Source of the DNA: a virus
Lineage: Duplodnaviria; Caudoviricetes
Strand: one strand, 5' to 3'
Length of the DNA stretch: 52,948 nucleotides
Virus record (IMG/VR): IMGVR_UViG_3300030451_004849
Span: 1 to 52,948 of that record
Position numbers and translations under genes: made by a program
Shown here: one piece after another, positions 39,132-47,722 of the stretch
Numbering within the stretch: the stretch's first letter is position 1
Layout of the letters: each line of letters begins with the position of its first letter
The notes under the pieces: generated by a model
The model's database searches: none
What the model saw: only the letters and a program-made list of their open reading frames with translations
What the model was told of the DNA's origin: nothing

Positions 39132-39419
39132 ATGGGAAGAGTAAAAGAAATGCTGATGGATCAACAAGAGTATTATGATGACTATGATGCAGCACTGTTT
39201 GAGTATCAGCAAATAATGTATGAGGAAGAGCAAATAAGGCTAGGTAAATCAGCCTATCAACTAGAACCAGGAATCGAGGAAGATTCTTATAATCTTTACA
39301 TGGAGGGCAAATTATGTGGAGAACAAACAAATACTGTCCATTTAGGTATAAGTACGAACTCGTCAACTGGGCAGCAAACAAATATCCGTCTGAGAACAAA
39401 GCGAAATTCCAACGGATGA
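39132..39419 (+). CDS. Hypothetical acidic protein
   Basis: RBS AGGAGG; Tyr/Asp/Glu-rich N-terminal half. Confidence 0.55.
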   Translation: MGRVKEMLMDQQEYYDDYDAALFEYQQIMYEEEQIRLGKSAYQLEPGIEEDSYNLYMEGKLCGEQTNTVHLGISTNSSTGQQTNIRLRTKRNSNG

Positions 39420-39457
39420 AGAAAAAACAACTGTATGCAATATTTTACAATGCGTGA
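39314..39457 (+). CDS. Small basic protein (47 aa), not in ORF track
   Basis: RBS GGAGG; MWRTNKYCPFRYKYELVNWAANKYPSENKAKFQRMKKKQLYAIFYNA. Confidence 0.55.
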   Translation: MWRTNKYCPFRYKYELVNWAANKYPSENKAKFQRMKKKQLYAIFYNA

Positions 39458-39568
39458 AGTGCACCAGGTATATACGGCCCGACAAGAGCATGGTCCTATT
39501 TAGGATAATTGCCAGTTCCTATCCGTTGACCCCTGAGAAATCCTATTAGCGCATTGTAATTGCATACA
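39432..39568 (+). ncRNA. Long-stem-enclosed RNA element
   Basis: tgtatgcaa..ttacaatgcg (39432-39454) pairs with cgcattgtaa-ttgcataca (39550-39568). Confidence 0.5.
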
Positions 39569-39584
39569 TCAACACGGAGGTGAT

Positions 39585-39749
39585 ATGTATCTAAATAAAA
39601 ACGAAACAACACACCTAAAGAAAATAGTAAACTATCTAGATACAAGTGAAAGTAAGCACTATGAAGAAAGTAATAAACCAAAAGACCATATTTATAACAG
39701 CGTAATAGTAGTAAAGAAGAAATTTAATCATAAAGTAATAAAATACTAG
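39585..39749 (+). CDS. Small hypothetical protein (54 aa), not in ORF track
   Basis: RBS GGAGGTG; MYLNKNETTHLKKIVNYL...ESKHYEE...DHIY. Confidence 0.65.
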   Translation: MYLNKNETTHLKKIVNYLDTSESKHYEESNKPKDHIYNSVIVVKKKFNHKVIKY

Positions 39750-39753
39750 AAAA

Positions 39754-39851
39754 AATCGCCCTTACAAGGTAAACCAATCAAGGTTTGCCGACCAATCGGG
39801 ATACCCCCAGTATACCGCGGGGTTACAGCTTTGGCGATTAGTTGTAGCCCC
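39754..39851 (+). ncRNA. Candidate pseudoknotted RNA
   Basis: Hairpin ggggttacagct/agttgtagcccc; its loop ggcgatt complements upstream aatcgcc; extra stem ggtaaacc/ggtttgcc. Confidence 0.45.
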
Positions 39852-39897
39852 AAATATTTCACTATATACTATAAATATAATAATAGAGGAGAAAACA

Positions 39898-39996
39898 ATG
39901 GATTTTTTATCAAATTTACCTAATTGGGTTATATATGTTTCTATGTTCTTTATAGGAGCAGTTATTTGGTATTACATAGTTAAATATCTATTTTAG
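39898..39996 (+). CDS. Single-TM micropeptide (32 aa), not in ORF track
   Basis: RBS GAGGAG; MDFLSNLPNWVIYVSMFFIGAVIWYYIVKYLF. Confidence 0.6.
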   Translation: MDFLSNLPNWVIYVSMFFIGAVIWYYIVKYLF

Positions 39997-40093
39997 TAGT
40001 ACAAGACCTGGCTGGCATACCCTGGGCAGAAGACTTAAAAGCTATAGCGGTCATTATGCAATGTATGCCAACAATTTAAAAGAAGGAGGACAT

Positions 40094-40237
40094 ATGTCTG
40101 ATTGTTGTAAAGAAGAAAACTTACATTATTTTGAGGCTGATGATGTATGGCCTTATGAAATATGGCAATGTAATGATTGTAATAAATATTACAGTGTTGA
40201 ACTAATAAGGGACTTTAAAAATAAGGAGGAAGTATAA
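40094..40237 (+). CDS. Small Cys-containing (zinc-ribbon-like) protein (47 aa), not in ORF track
   Basis: RBS AGGAGG; MSDCC...WQCNDCNKYY. Confidence 0.65.
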   Translation: MSDCCKEENLHYFEADDVWPYEIWQCNDCNKYYSVELIRDFKNKEEV

Positions 40238-40440
40238 TGGCTCAAGGAGACAGTATATTCTATAGAATGAAGAATGTTAAGCTAATACCTGACAATTATG
40301 GACTTACTATAGAAATTAAAATGTTAAGTGCTCATAAAGGTGATGGAACTTTTGTGAAAAACTTAAAACTAGATGAAGATGCTCTAAAAATAATAAAAGA
40401 GGGTATTATAGTCTACAATGAAAGGAGTGATCATGCCTAA
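40237..40440 (+). CDS. Hypothetical protein
   Basis: 67-aa ORF, RBS AGGAGG. Confidence 0.65.
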   Translation: MAQGDSIFYRMKNVKLIPDNYGLTIEIKMLSAHKGDGTFVKNLKLDEDALKIIKEGIIVYNERSDHA

Positions 40441-41140
40441 TTGGTGTTATAACGATTTAGAAGTATGGAGTGACGGTAGCACAGAATCTCAAAAAGAAAT
40501 GAGAGATTTTAAAAAGTCATCCATAATAGAGGAAAAAGTAGTAGAAGAAGATGGCAATATTAGAAATAGAACTAAATTTACGTTTGAAGGTGCTGAACCA
40601 ATGCCATCAACTTTAAGAATTACATCTGGTGGCACAGTAGATGAAGCAATAACCTATTTAAAAGCTAAAGATAAAGATTACAAGCAATTAGATGAATACT
40701 TTGATTATAAATGGGTTAAAGAAGATATTATTAACGAAAAGGATAGTGTTAAACAAAAAAGAGCAAAATTAATGGCTTATTTTGAAAACAAACTTGAAGT
40801 AAATGATGTCGAAGAAGGAAGATTAGCGATAGAGAACCTTGAAAAGTATGGTTCTAAAGATTGGTACGACTGGTCAATTCGTACCTGGGGAACTAAGTGG
40901 GACGCTGGATACACAACACATGAAGATGATGACGAAGATATGTGTAGGTATTCATTTGAAACAGCTTGGTCACCTCCAATGGGATGGTTGCAATCAGCGA
41001 CTACCAAATGGCCAAATCTCTTATTTAAAATGAGAGTAAGTGAAGAATCGGAAGCCTTTATGGGCATGCCAGTAGCACAGGGTGGTGAAGTGGTAGACAA
41101 TATTGTAGATATAAGATACCCTGAACCAATGAACAGTTAA
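40433..41140 (+). CDS. DUF1281/YubB (Api92-like) ferredoxin-like fold protein
   Basis: MPNWCYN, WYDW...WGTKWD and FETAWSPP signature motifs. Confidence 0.8.
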   Translation: MPNWCYNDLEVWSDGSTESQKEMRDFKKSSIIEEKVVEEDGNIRNRTKFTFEGAEPMPSTLRITSGGTVDEAITYLKAKDKDYKQLDEYFDYKWVKEDIINEKDSVKQKRAKLMAYFENKLEVNDVEEGRLAIENLEKYGSKDWYDWSIRTWGTKWDAGYTTHEDDDEDMCRYSFETAWSPPMGWLQSATTKWPNLLFKMRVSEESEAFMGMPVAQGGEVVDNIVDIRYPEPMNS

Positions 41141-41162
41141 CTAAATAAGTAAAGGAGGCATT

Positions 41163-41402
41163 ATGCCAGCTAATAACACAGTAAACGTAGAAGTATCATC
41201 TTACACAAGAGGCGGTACATTTGAATCAGGTTCATTTTCAACATTAGGCGATCTATTAAGAGAGTACAATGTAGAAATGTCTGACGCAGTAGTAGAAGTA
41301 ACAGGTGAAGACGGCGAAGAAAGAAGAGTAACAGCCGCTGGAAGGTTACAAGAAGGCGATACTATTGTAATCATGAAAGCTAAGAATAAATCAGGTAAGT
41401 AA
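41163..41402 (+). CDS. Ubiquitin-like (beta-grasp) protein
   Basis: 79 aa; TLGDLL helix, RLQEGDTIVI strand as in ThiS/MoaD/Ubl proteins; C-terminus KSG-K; first gene of an E2-JAB-E1 cluster. Confidence 0.8.
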   Translation: MPANNTVNVEVSSYTRGGTFESGSFSTLGDLLREYNVEMSDAVVEVTGEDGEERRVTAAGRLQEGDTIVIMKAKNKSGK

Positions 41403-41426
41403 TTTGATTTAGGTCGGCTTTAATTA

Positions 41427-41529
41427 ATATTGTGAGAGAGTTACGGCTAAAACCACCATCCGTTAGATATAAGCCTTACCAAACTAGTCATACGTGGCGG
41501 ACTAGCAAGCGTGGTCTCTCTCATAATAT
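41427..41529 (+). ncRNA. Long-stem-enclosed RNA element between Ubl and E2
   Basis: atattgtgagagag/ctctctcataatat 14-bp stem (one GU); inner accac/gtggt and ctagtc/gactag. Confidence 0.55.
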
Positions 41530-41545
41530 AAAACAAGGAGGTATT

Positions 41546-42976
41546 ATGCAATTAATGAAAGAAATGCTCGAATTTTGGCTAGAATCAACAGCCAATTTAG
41601 AAGAGTTACCAATACCTTTAGAGCAACAAGCCAAAAAGATAAGCATAAAATATGAAGTAAAGAAAGTAGAGCTAGAAATGCCAAAGTTCAATCCACAAAC
41701 AGAAGAAACTAATATGGAATTGACAGATTGCTATCTAGTAAACTTTAAAGATATTATATGCAAATATCGTCCTCATTTACATTTAGGGGATTATTGGTTA
41801 AATGTTCAATTCGCAAATGGTCAACCGCAATATATGTTTTATTATCCATTAACAATAGATGGTGTAGTAAAATGGCAACATGCAGACCATCCTCATTTAA
41901 GTGGAGGTAAGCCGTGTTTTGGTAGTCATCAAGGAGATATTGCAGATGCTATAACATCAGGTAATTATATGAGATTCTTTTCTCAAATAAAAGCATACTT
42001 GAGTAGTTATTATGGTAGAAGCACATATATAAGAGGAACAGCATACAAAAAAAGAAAAATATGTTATAGTCTTTATTCAAGACAAGAAATATTTGATATG
42101 TTTGCTCCCGAAGTTGATGAACCAGGTGATATGGATATACAAGGTTTAGCAAAAGATCCAATGCGTTGGAACTGGCCTAAAGATATTCCAGCTTGGGGTA
42201 CTATCGAAGTACAAGGTCAAGAACTAAGACAATTTTATAGAATGCTAAAAGTATCAGCAGACTATAGATTGAGCGGTCTTGACATAGAGTTTCCATTTAT
42301 AAGCGAACAAAGCACTTGGGAAGATAATTTAATGACATATGCTTATAATGATAGAAATCCATTGGCAGAGGCCATGAATAAAATATTGGGATATATCTAT
42401 CTAGCTAAAATATATGGCGAAATGAGTCTTCTAGAGGCAACTGAATTTGTTAGAATATTTTTAATTAAACTATATCTTGATTACACAGGAGCATTAGATA
42501 GTGAAATGATGAAAAGTTTAAAAGAAATGTCTGATAAATTAAACGCTTGCGAATATCAGAACAAATGGAATCTAAATAGAAGGTATACAGTAGTATTAGA
42601 CTCTAAACGAAGAGAAGATACTAGCAAACTAAGAAAGGATCTACGTAAGATAATAGGTGACGGAGGAACATCAGCTAAATTTATTAAAGAGCTGAAGTTT
42701 GCTGGACACAAATTATCTAATTTTATGATTCTACTTAGAAAAGGTAAACCAGAAAATGCAACTGCAACAGGATATTTGTGGAATGCAAACTCTGAAGATA
42801 TAGACTTTATAAATTATCGTAAAAGATATAGAGCTATAGAGAGATTTGTATATACACAAGCAATGCAGCAGTTAGAAAAAGACAAAAGGAGGTTCGTAAA
42901 TGAGCTCAACAAGTCCGACATTATACATCTCGAAACAGATGATGGACAAGCTACATTATTTTCTCAAGACCTTTAA
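41546..42976 (+). CDS. E2 (UBC-fold) conjugating enzyme with long C-terminal extension
   Basis: HPHLSGGKPCFG matches the E2 HPN/HPH...C active-site motif (Cys codon 41915-41917); start at ATG 41546 after AAGGAGG. Confidence 0.72.
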   Translation: MQLMKEMLEFWLESTANLEELPIPLEQQAKKISIKYEVKKVELEMPKFNPQTEETNMELTDCYLVNFKDIICKYRPHLHLGDYWLNVQFANGQPQYMFYYPLTIDGVVKWQHADHPHLSGGKPCFGSHQGDIADAITSGNYMRFFSQIKAYLSSYYGRSTYIRGTAYKKRKICYSLYSRQEIFDMFAPEVDEPGDMDIQGLAKDPMRWNWPKDIPAWGTIEVQGQELRQFYRMLKVSADYRLSGLDIEFPFISEQSTWEDNLMTYAYNDRNPLAEAMNKILGYIYLAKIYGEMSLLEATEFVRIFLIKLYLDYTGALDSEMMKSLKEMSDKLNACEYQNKWNLNRRYTVVLDSKRREDTSKLRKDLRKIIGDGGTSAKFIKELKFAGHKLSNFMILLRKGKPENATATGYLWNANSEDIDFINYRKRYRAIERFVYTQAMQQLEKDKRRFVNELNKSDIIHLETDDGQATLFSQDL

Positions 42977-43739
42977 GAATCTTGAATGGTCTGGCCCTGC
43001 TTGGTATTCTCATGAAAAAGATGAGAACGGGTTTCCAGAGAAAATAAGACTTGAGTACTGGTATCCTCTTGATTTAGGTACTAGTGGTAATACAGATTGG
43101 GATGGCAAAGACCTAATCAAATTGTATCCAAAATTAAGAAAAGAGTTTCCAGAAATAGGAAAATCTTGGGTACAAGGTAATGTTCATTCACATCATAGTA
43201 TGGGTGCATTCTTTTCAGGTACTGATGAACAACAATTAATAGATGGAGCAAATGAAAATTTTTATTATTCATTAGTTGTATCTACTAAACCTGGAAAAGA
43301 ATTGTTCTTTGGTGTTAGTTATCCTGATCAATTTGGACAAATACATATTGTTGAAATAGATAATATTGAAACAGAAAGTGTTGCAGAAGTATTGCCTGAA
43401 TGGAAAAAGGAAGCTAAATGGATAAAGAAAAACAAAAAGCCAGAAACGACTACTCTTTTCAAATATAATAATAGAGGGACTAATCATCAGGCTACTTTAT
43501 TCGGAGACATCAAGGGCGAAGCCCAAAAACACGACGAAGCCATAGACATCAACGACAGGTATGATGAATATCTTGACTTTAATTCTTACAACGCAATAGG
43601 ATCAGAAATGGACTTTGACGTATTCCAAGAATATGACAAGATAATGCTTGACTTTGACAGAGGCAGAATAAACAAGAAAAAGCTTAATCAAAAGCTTAAA
43701 AAACTAGGAGTAGACGAATATGGCAGACAGGTATCTTAG
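42900..43739 (+). CDS. JAB/MPN+ (JAMM) metalloprotease
   Basis: N-terminal catalytic E (LEWSG) and HSHHSMGAFFSGTD matching HxH-x7-S-x2-D. Confidence 0.9.
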   Translation: MSSTSPTLYISKQMMDKLHYFLKTFKNLEWSGPAWYSHEKDENGFPEKIRLEYWYPLDLGTSGNTDWDGKDLIKLYPKLRKEFPEIGKSWVQGNVHSHHSMGAFFSGTDEQQLIDGANENFYYSLVVSTKPGKELFFGVSYPDQFGQIHIVEIDNIETESVAEVLPEWKKEAKWIKKNKKPETTTLFKYNNRGTNHQATLFGDIKGEAQKHDEAIDINDRYDEYLDFNSYNAIGSEMDFDVFQEYDKIMLDFDRGRINKKKLNQKLKKLGVDEYGRQVS

Positions 43740-44382
43740 AAACAAAGACCTTATCGACCAATCTAAATTGGACAAGATAACGGTTATAGGTGCTGGCGGA
43801 ATAGGTTCGGCATTACTTCAAAACGCTGCAATAATGGGATTTAAGGAAATAACAATTTGGGACCCTGACAGGTTAGAGGAACACAATCTATCCACAACCT
43901 CATGGCCAGAGTGTTACTTAAATTGCACTAAACTTCAAGCAGCAGAAGAAACATTACATCAGTTAAATAAAAGTTGTAATGTTAAAGCAAGACCTCATTT
44001 TTGGGAAAGTGGAATGCCATTGGAAAACAAAGTATTTCTAACACCAGACAATATGGAAGTTAGACTTGCAGTATATGAACAATGGAAAGAAAACCCAAAT
44101 AGAGAGTTCTTAATAGATATGAGGATGGGAGCATTGGGTTATGAAATAATAACTGTTACCCGTGAGTACGATTATTTCATGGACTCATATGTTCCTAGCT
44201 CAGAAATAGCTGACGATCCATGTACAGCTAAACATACAATCTTTTGTGGTTCATTAGCAGCATCATTTGGACTATCACAAGCATTTAATGTCTTGCAAAA
44301 TAGATTGTATTATGCGTACATTTGGGGGTCGTTAGGTCCTGTTAGTTTAAGACGAGAACACCTCGTTAAACCTCAACAGTAA
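43720..44382 (+). CDS. E1-like ThiF/MoeB-family adenylating enzyme
   Basis: RYLRN, VIGAGGIGS, DPDRLEEHNL, DN...R and IDMRM motifs; candidate catalytic Cys in DDPCTAK. Confidence 0.92.
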   Translation: MADRYLRNKDLIDQSKLDKITVIGAGGIGSALLQNAAIMGFKEITIWDPDRLEEHNLSTTSWPECYLNCTKLQAAEETLHQLNKSCNVKARPHFWESGMPLENKVFLTPDNMEVRLAVYEQWKENPNREFLIDMRMGALGYEIITVTREYDYFMDSYVPSSEIADDPCTAKHTIFCGSLAASFGLSQAFNVLQNRLYYAYIWGSLGPVSLRREHLVKPQQ

Positions 44383-44390
44383 ATTAATAT

Positions 44391-44462
44391 TTAGGCAATA
44401 GGGATAGGGGACTGTCCAGTGGATGGTGCATAGTCATAAAATCAAACCACACTATTGCCTAA
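44391..44462 (+). ncRNA. Long-stem-enclosed RNA element after E1
   Basis: Perfect 11-bp stem ttaggcaatag/ctattgcctaa enclosing 50 nt. Confidence 0.5.
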
Positions 44463-44485
44463 TTAACCCTAAAAAAAGGAGTAAC

Positions 44486-45349
44486 ATGTTACAAGTTAAC
44501 AAAGTAGAAACCAACTGGAAAGATGAATTACCTGGTGGAATTACTTGGTATTTCATTGGCCAACCAAAAAGTGGCAAAACTACACAAGCTTCTAAATGGA
44601 GTAAAGGTGGATCTGATTCGTGTCTAGTAATAGATACAGATTTAGGTGCAGACTTCGTTGACAAAGCAAATGTAGTGACCTGTTGTTCATTAAATCCTCC
44701 GATTAGAGTTAAAGAAAAAGACGGCGTAAAGGTTGTTAAAAATGGACAAGAAGTTGTAGAAGTAATACCTCCTGAAGAGAGAGGTTTTTATTATAGAGCT
44801 GGTTCAAATAGAGGCAAACCAATGGCCGCCTATTCTTTAGCAGAAATCATACAAGATTTAATGAAGAATTGGCATGATTATCCGTATGATACGGTAGTAA
44901 TCGACACCATAGACCAAGTTAATATCTGGATAGAAGACGTTGTTAAAAACGACTTAGGTATCGAGAATATGGGCGACGGTTCATGGGGTAGTGATTGGGC
45001 AGCTGCAAAGAAAAAGAATGCTGATATAGTTAAAAAGTTACAAGACTTTATGAAAAAAGTTGGTGGCAATTTAGTTATATGTAGTCATTCGAAATCTACT
45101 GCAGTAACTGATGATAAAGTTCAGTTAGCTCCTAATCTACCAAGTGGTTTAGGCAGAATATTATGTGCTAAAGCTGATGTTATAGGATATACAACTATTA
45201 ACAAAGACGATGGCTCATACTGCATAAGCTTCGAAGGTTACGACGAAAGAATGGTAGGCTCAAGGCTTAAACCATTAGCACAAAAGCTATTACCATTTGA
45301 CTATAACGAAATACTAAACGAAATCAATTCCTATAAGGAGGATAAATAA
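44486..45349 (+). CDS. AAA_24 / Sak4-like ATPase (recombination, ssDNA annealing)
   Basis: GQPKSGKTT Walker A, VVIDTID Walker B, ICSH; start ATG 44486 after AAGGAG. Confidence 0.8.
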   Translation: MLQVNKVETNWKDELPGGITWYFIGQPKSGKTTQASKWSKGGSDSCLVIDTDLGADFVDKANVVTCCSLNPPIRVKEKDGVKVVKNGQEVVEVIPPEERGFYYRAGSNRGKPMAAYSLAEIIQDLMKNWHDYPYDTVVIDTIDQVNIWIEDVVKNDLGIENMGDGSWGSDWAAAKKKNADIVKKLQDFMKKVGGNLVICSHSKSTAVTDDKVQLAPNLPSGLGRILCAKADVIGYTTINKDDGSYCISFEGYDERMVGSRLKPLAQKLLPFDYNEILNEINSYKEDK

Positions 45350-45951
45350 TGGCAATAATGAGGTCAGAAGTAAAGTCAGGCGGCGGAGACTGGCTTGGTA
45401 TCAAGACAGGTTCTTTAACAAAAGTAACTGATGAATCGCACAAATATGATTGGGCGGACGTATATTTGTTAGTTGAGTTTATGGTTGAAGGATCTGAATA
45501 TCCGAGAGTTATGAAAGTTACAGGGTCATGGGAAAAGAATCCAGATGGAACTATCCAGGATTGTCCATTACTTAAAAGAGTAACTTTCTTATTTGATGCA
45601 TTAGGTGACATGGGTGGTGTAAACCAACATGGCGAATGGTGTGATTCAAATGAGCAAAAGATCGATGACATATGTGATTATCTGATGGCTAATTACAAAG
45701 ACAGCAGATGCACTATATATGTTTATAGAGAACTTGCTAAGAATGGAAATGCTTATACCAGAGTTCACAATAAAATTCTTAAGGCTGGAAACGGCAGTGA
45801 GAAAGAGCTTGAAAGCTATATCAATTTTATGAAAACTAAAGGTTACTTGAAAGAGGCACCTGCAGATCATCAAAATGGTACTGCTGCTACACAAACAAAT
45901 GTAGGTTCTCAAGCGATGAACACGGACGGTATAGACATTGCAAACCTATAA
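45349..45951 (+). CDS. Probable ssDNA-binding protein
   Basis: Follows the Sak4-like ATPase; beta-rich with a flexible C-terminal tail. Confidence 0.5.
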   Translation: MAIMRSEVKSGGGDWLGIKTGSLTKVTDESHKYDWADVYLLVEFMVEGSEYPRVMKVTGSWEKNPDGTIQDCPLLKRVTFLFDALGDMGGVNQHGEWCDSNEQKIDDICDYLMANYKDSRCTIYVYRELAKNGNAYTRVHNKILKAGNGSEKELESYINFMKTKGYLKEAPADHQNGTAATQTNVGSQAMNTDGIDIANL

Positions 45952-47722
45952 TTATATAGAGATTGCAAAAGAGACCCCTCGGAAACGGGGGGTTCTCATT
46001 CCTAAAGATGAGCTCAAAGGACACTTCAGCAATAATACTGCTTTGTATCGTTCTATGTATCTTTATAGCTTTGACGCCGTTGATTTCGCAGATTCTAATA
46101 ATAATAGCTTACGTAATTATTATGGTGTGCGAGATATTGACAACATTCTTATAGATATAGACAAAGAACAGAATACCGATGAATATACTTTAAGAAAATG
46201 TCAAGGAATATTATATGCATTAACAGAAGAACTCGATTTACAAACAAGTAATTTTAGAGTTTATTTCTCTGGTAGCGGTTATCATATAATCATACCAAAT
46301 ACTGTATTTAATTTTCCAGCTAGCGATTCATTACCTTTTCATGTAAAAGAAACAATGACAAAGTTATTACCCGATATAGACCCTATGGTTTATATAAGGA
46401 CTGGACTGTATAGAGTAGCCCATACAATAAATCCAAAGACGAATTTATATAAAATTCCTCTAACATATAACGAGGCTATGACTCTATCAACAGAAGAGAT
46501 ACATAAACTAGCAAAAACACCACGGTTCGAGTTTCCATATGAAGTATTAATTGGGGACGGAGAACTTGAGGAACATATTATTACAAAGGTTGAAATGACA
46601 AGACCTATGGGGAAAGTAATGGAACCAAAAAAAGTCGCTACATGTGTACAAACAATGTATAATGTAGGACCACAAGAAGGGTCACGACACAAAACCTTAT
46701 TAAGAATAGTTTCTCACTTTAGGAGACATGGACTTCCATCAACTGCAGCGAAAGCAGCACTAAAAGAATGGAACAATGGAAGTCTTAACGAACTAGAAGT
46801 CGCAGATCAGGTCGAATATGCTTATAATAAAGGGTATAAGTTTGGATGCAATGATGAGCTAATGAGCGCAAATTGTAGTCCTAAATGTATTTATTATAAA
46901 AGAAAAGACTATCTAGTAGATGTTATGGGACCTAAAGAAATGCAAGACGACTTAGCTGCAAGATTAACCACGGATTTTACTGGTAGATCTTATAATCTAG
47001 GTGCTTCATTAGGAGTAGACAGAGATTGTCAATTTTATCCTGGCGATTTAGTGACTATATTTGGACCAACTGGTAGTAGTAAAACTACACTTGCTCATAA
47101 TATAGCATTAGGTTACGATTTTGCCAATGATGCGATAAATCCACAATTTCAAATCCCAACATTATATCTATCTTTAGAGCTAGCTGCATGGTATATGCAT
47201 AGAAGAAGTTTACAAATAGTAAGCGGACTAGATAAAGATAGAGTGACTAACGATTATGCTAATATATATAATCAAAATTCAGATAAACTTGCACATATTA
47301 ACGTACAAACTGTTTCACCTACACTGGAACAAATACAGGCAAAAATAACTGAATTACAGCCATCTATGGTTATTGTAGATTATATCGACTTAGTTACTAC
47401 GCCTCCACATATAAGAGGAGAGTATGAACAAGTTAAATATATATCACACGGGCTATCAAATATGGCTGTAAATAATGATATTATAATAGTACAAGTTAGT
47501 CAAGTTAGTAGGGATTATAGTAGGAATGAAGTATTAGACCTATATGCAGGTAAGGGTAGTGGTGCAATAGAAAATGCATCAAGAAAGGTTATCGGTCTTA
47601 ACGGACAAGCCAATTCTGGCTTAAAAGATGTTAAGTTATTTAAAAATACTGATGGAGAACTATTTGAAACACAACTTGAATGGAGTCCATCATTTAGACT
47701 ACGGAGGACAAATGGCTACTAA
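45938..47722 (+). CDS. AEP primase(-polymerase) fused to SF4/DnaB-like helicase
   Basis: LIDID, FSGSGYH, IDPMVY AEP motifs; EGSRH PriCT-like region; Cys cluster; GPTGSSKT, LSLE, IVDYID and VSQVSR helicase motifs. Confidence 0.88.
   Translation: MQTYNYIEIAKETPRKRGVLIPKDELKGHFSNNTALYRSMYLYSFDAVDFADSNNNSLRNYYGVRDIDNILIDIDKEQNTDEYTLRKCQGILYALTEELDLQTSNFRVYFSGSGYHIIIPNTVFNFPASDSLPFHVKETMTKLLPDIDPMVYIRTGLYRVAHTINPKTNLYKIPLTYNEAMTLSTEEIHKLAKTPRFEFPYEVLIGDGELEEHIITKVEMTRPMGKVMEPKKVATCVQTMYNVGPQEGSRHKTLLRIVSHFRRHGLPSTAAKAALKEWNNGSLNELEVADQVEYAYNKGYKFGCNDELMSANCSPKCIYYKRKDYLVDVMGPKEMQDDLAARLTTDFTGRSYNLGASLGVDRDCQFYPGDLVTIFGPTGSSKTTLAHNIALGYDFANDAINPQFQIPTLYLSLELAAWYMHRRSLQIVSGLDKDRVTNDYANIYNQNSDKLAHINVQTVSPTLEQIQAKITELQPSMVIVDYIDLVTTPPHIRGEYEQVKYISHGLSNMAVNNDIIIVQVSQVSRDYSRNEVLDLYAGKGSGAIENASRKVIGLNGQANSGLKDVKLFKNTDGELFETQLEWSPSFRLRRTNGY

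Noticed and set aside
39455-39457. Second possible Sec UGA at the end of the 47-aa ORF
   Set aside because: No Cys/redox motif context, and the frame closes again after about 16 codons
41432-41545. GTG start extending the E2 by 38 aa
   Set aside because: No RBS, the region forms a structured RNA element, and a strong AAGGAGG precedes ATG 41546
41163-44382. Thiamine or molybdopterin sulfur-relay (ThiS/ThiF) interpretation
   Set aside because: An E2-like gene is present and no thiG, moaE, cysM or rhodanese gene is seen; not formally excluded without experiments
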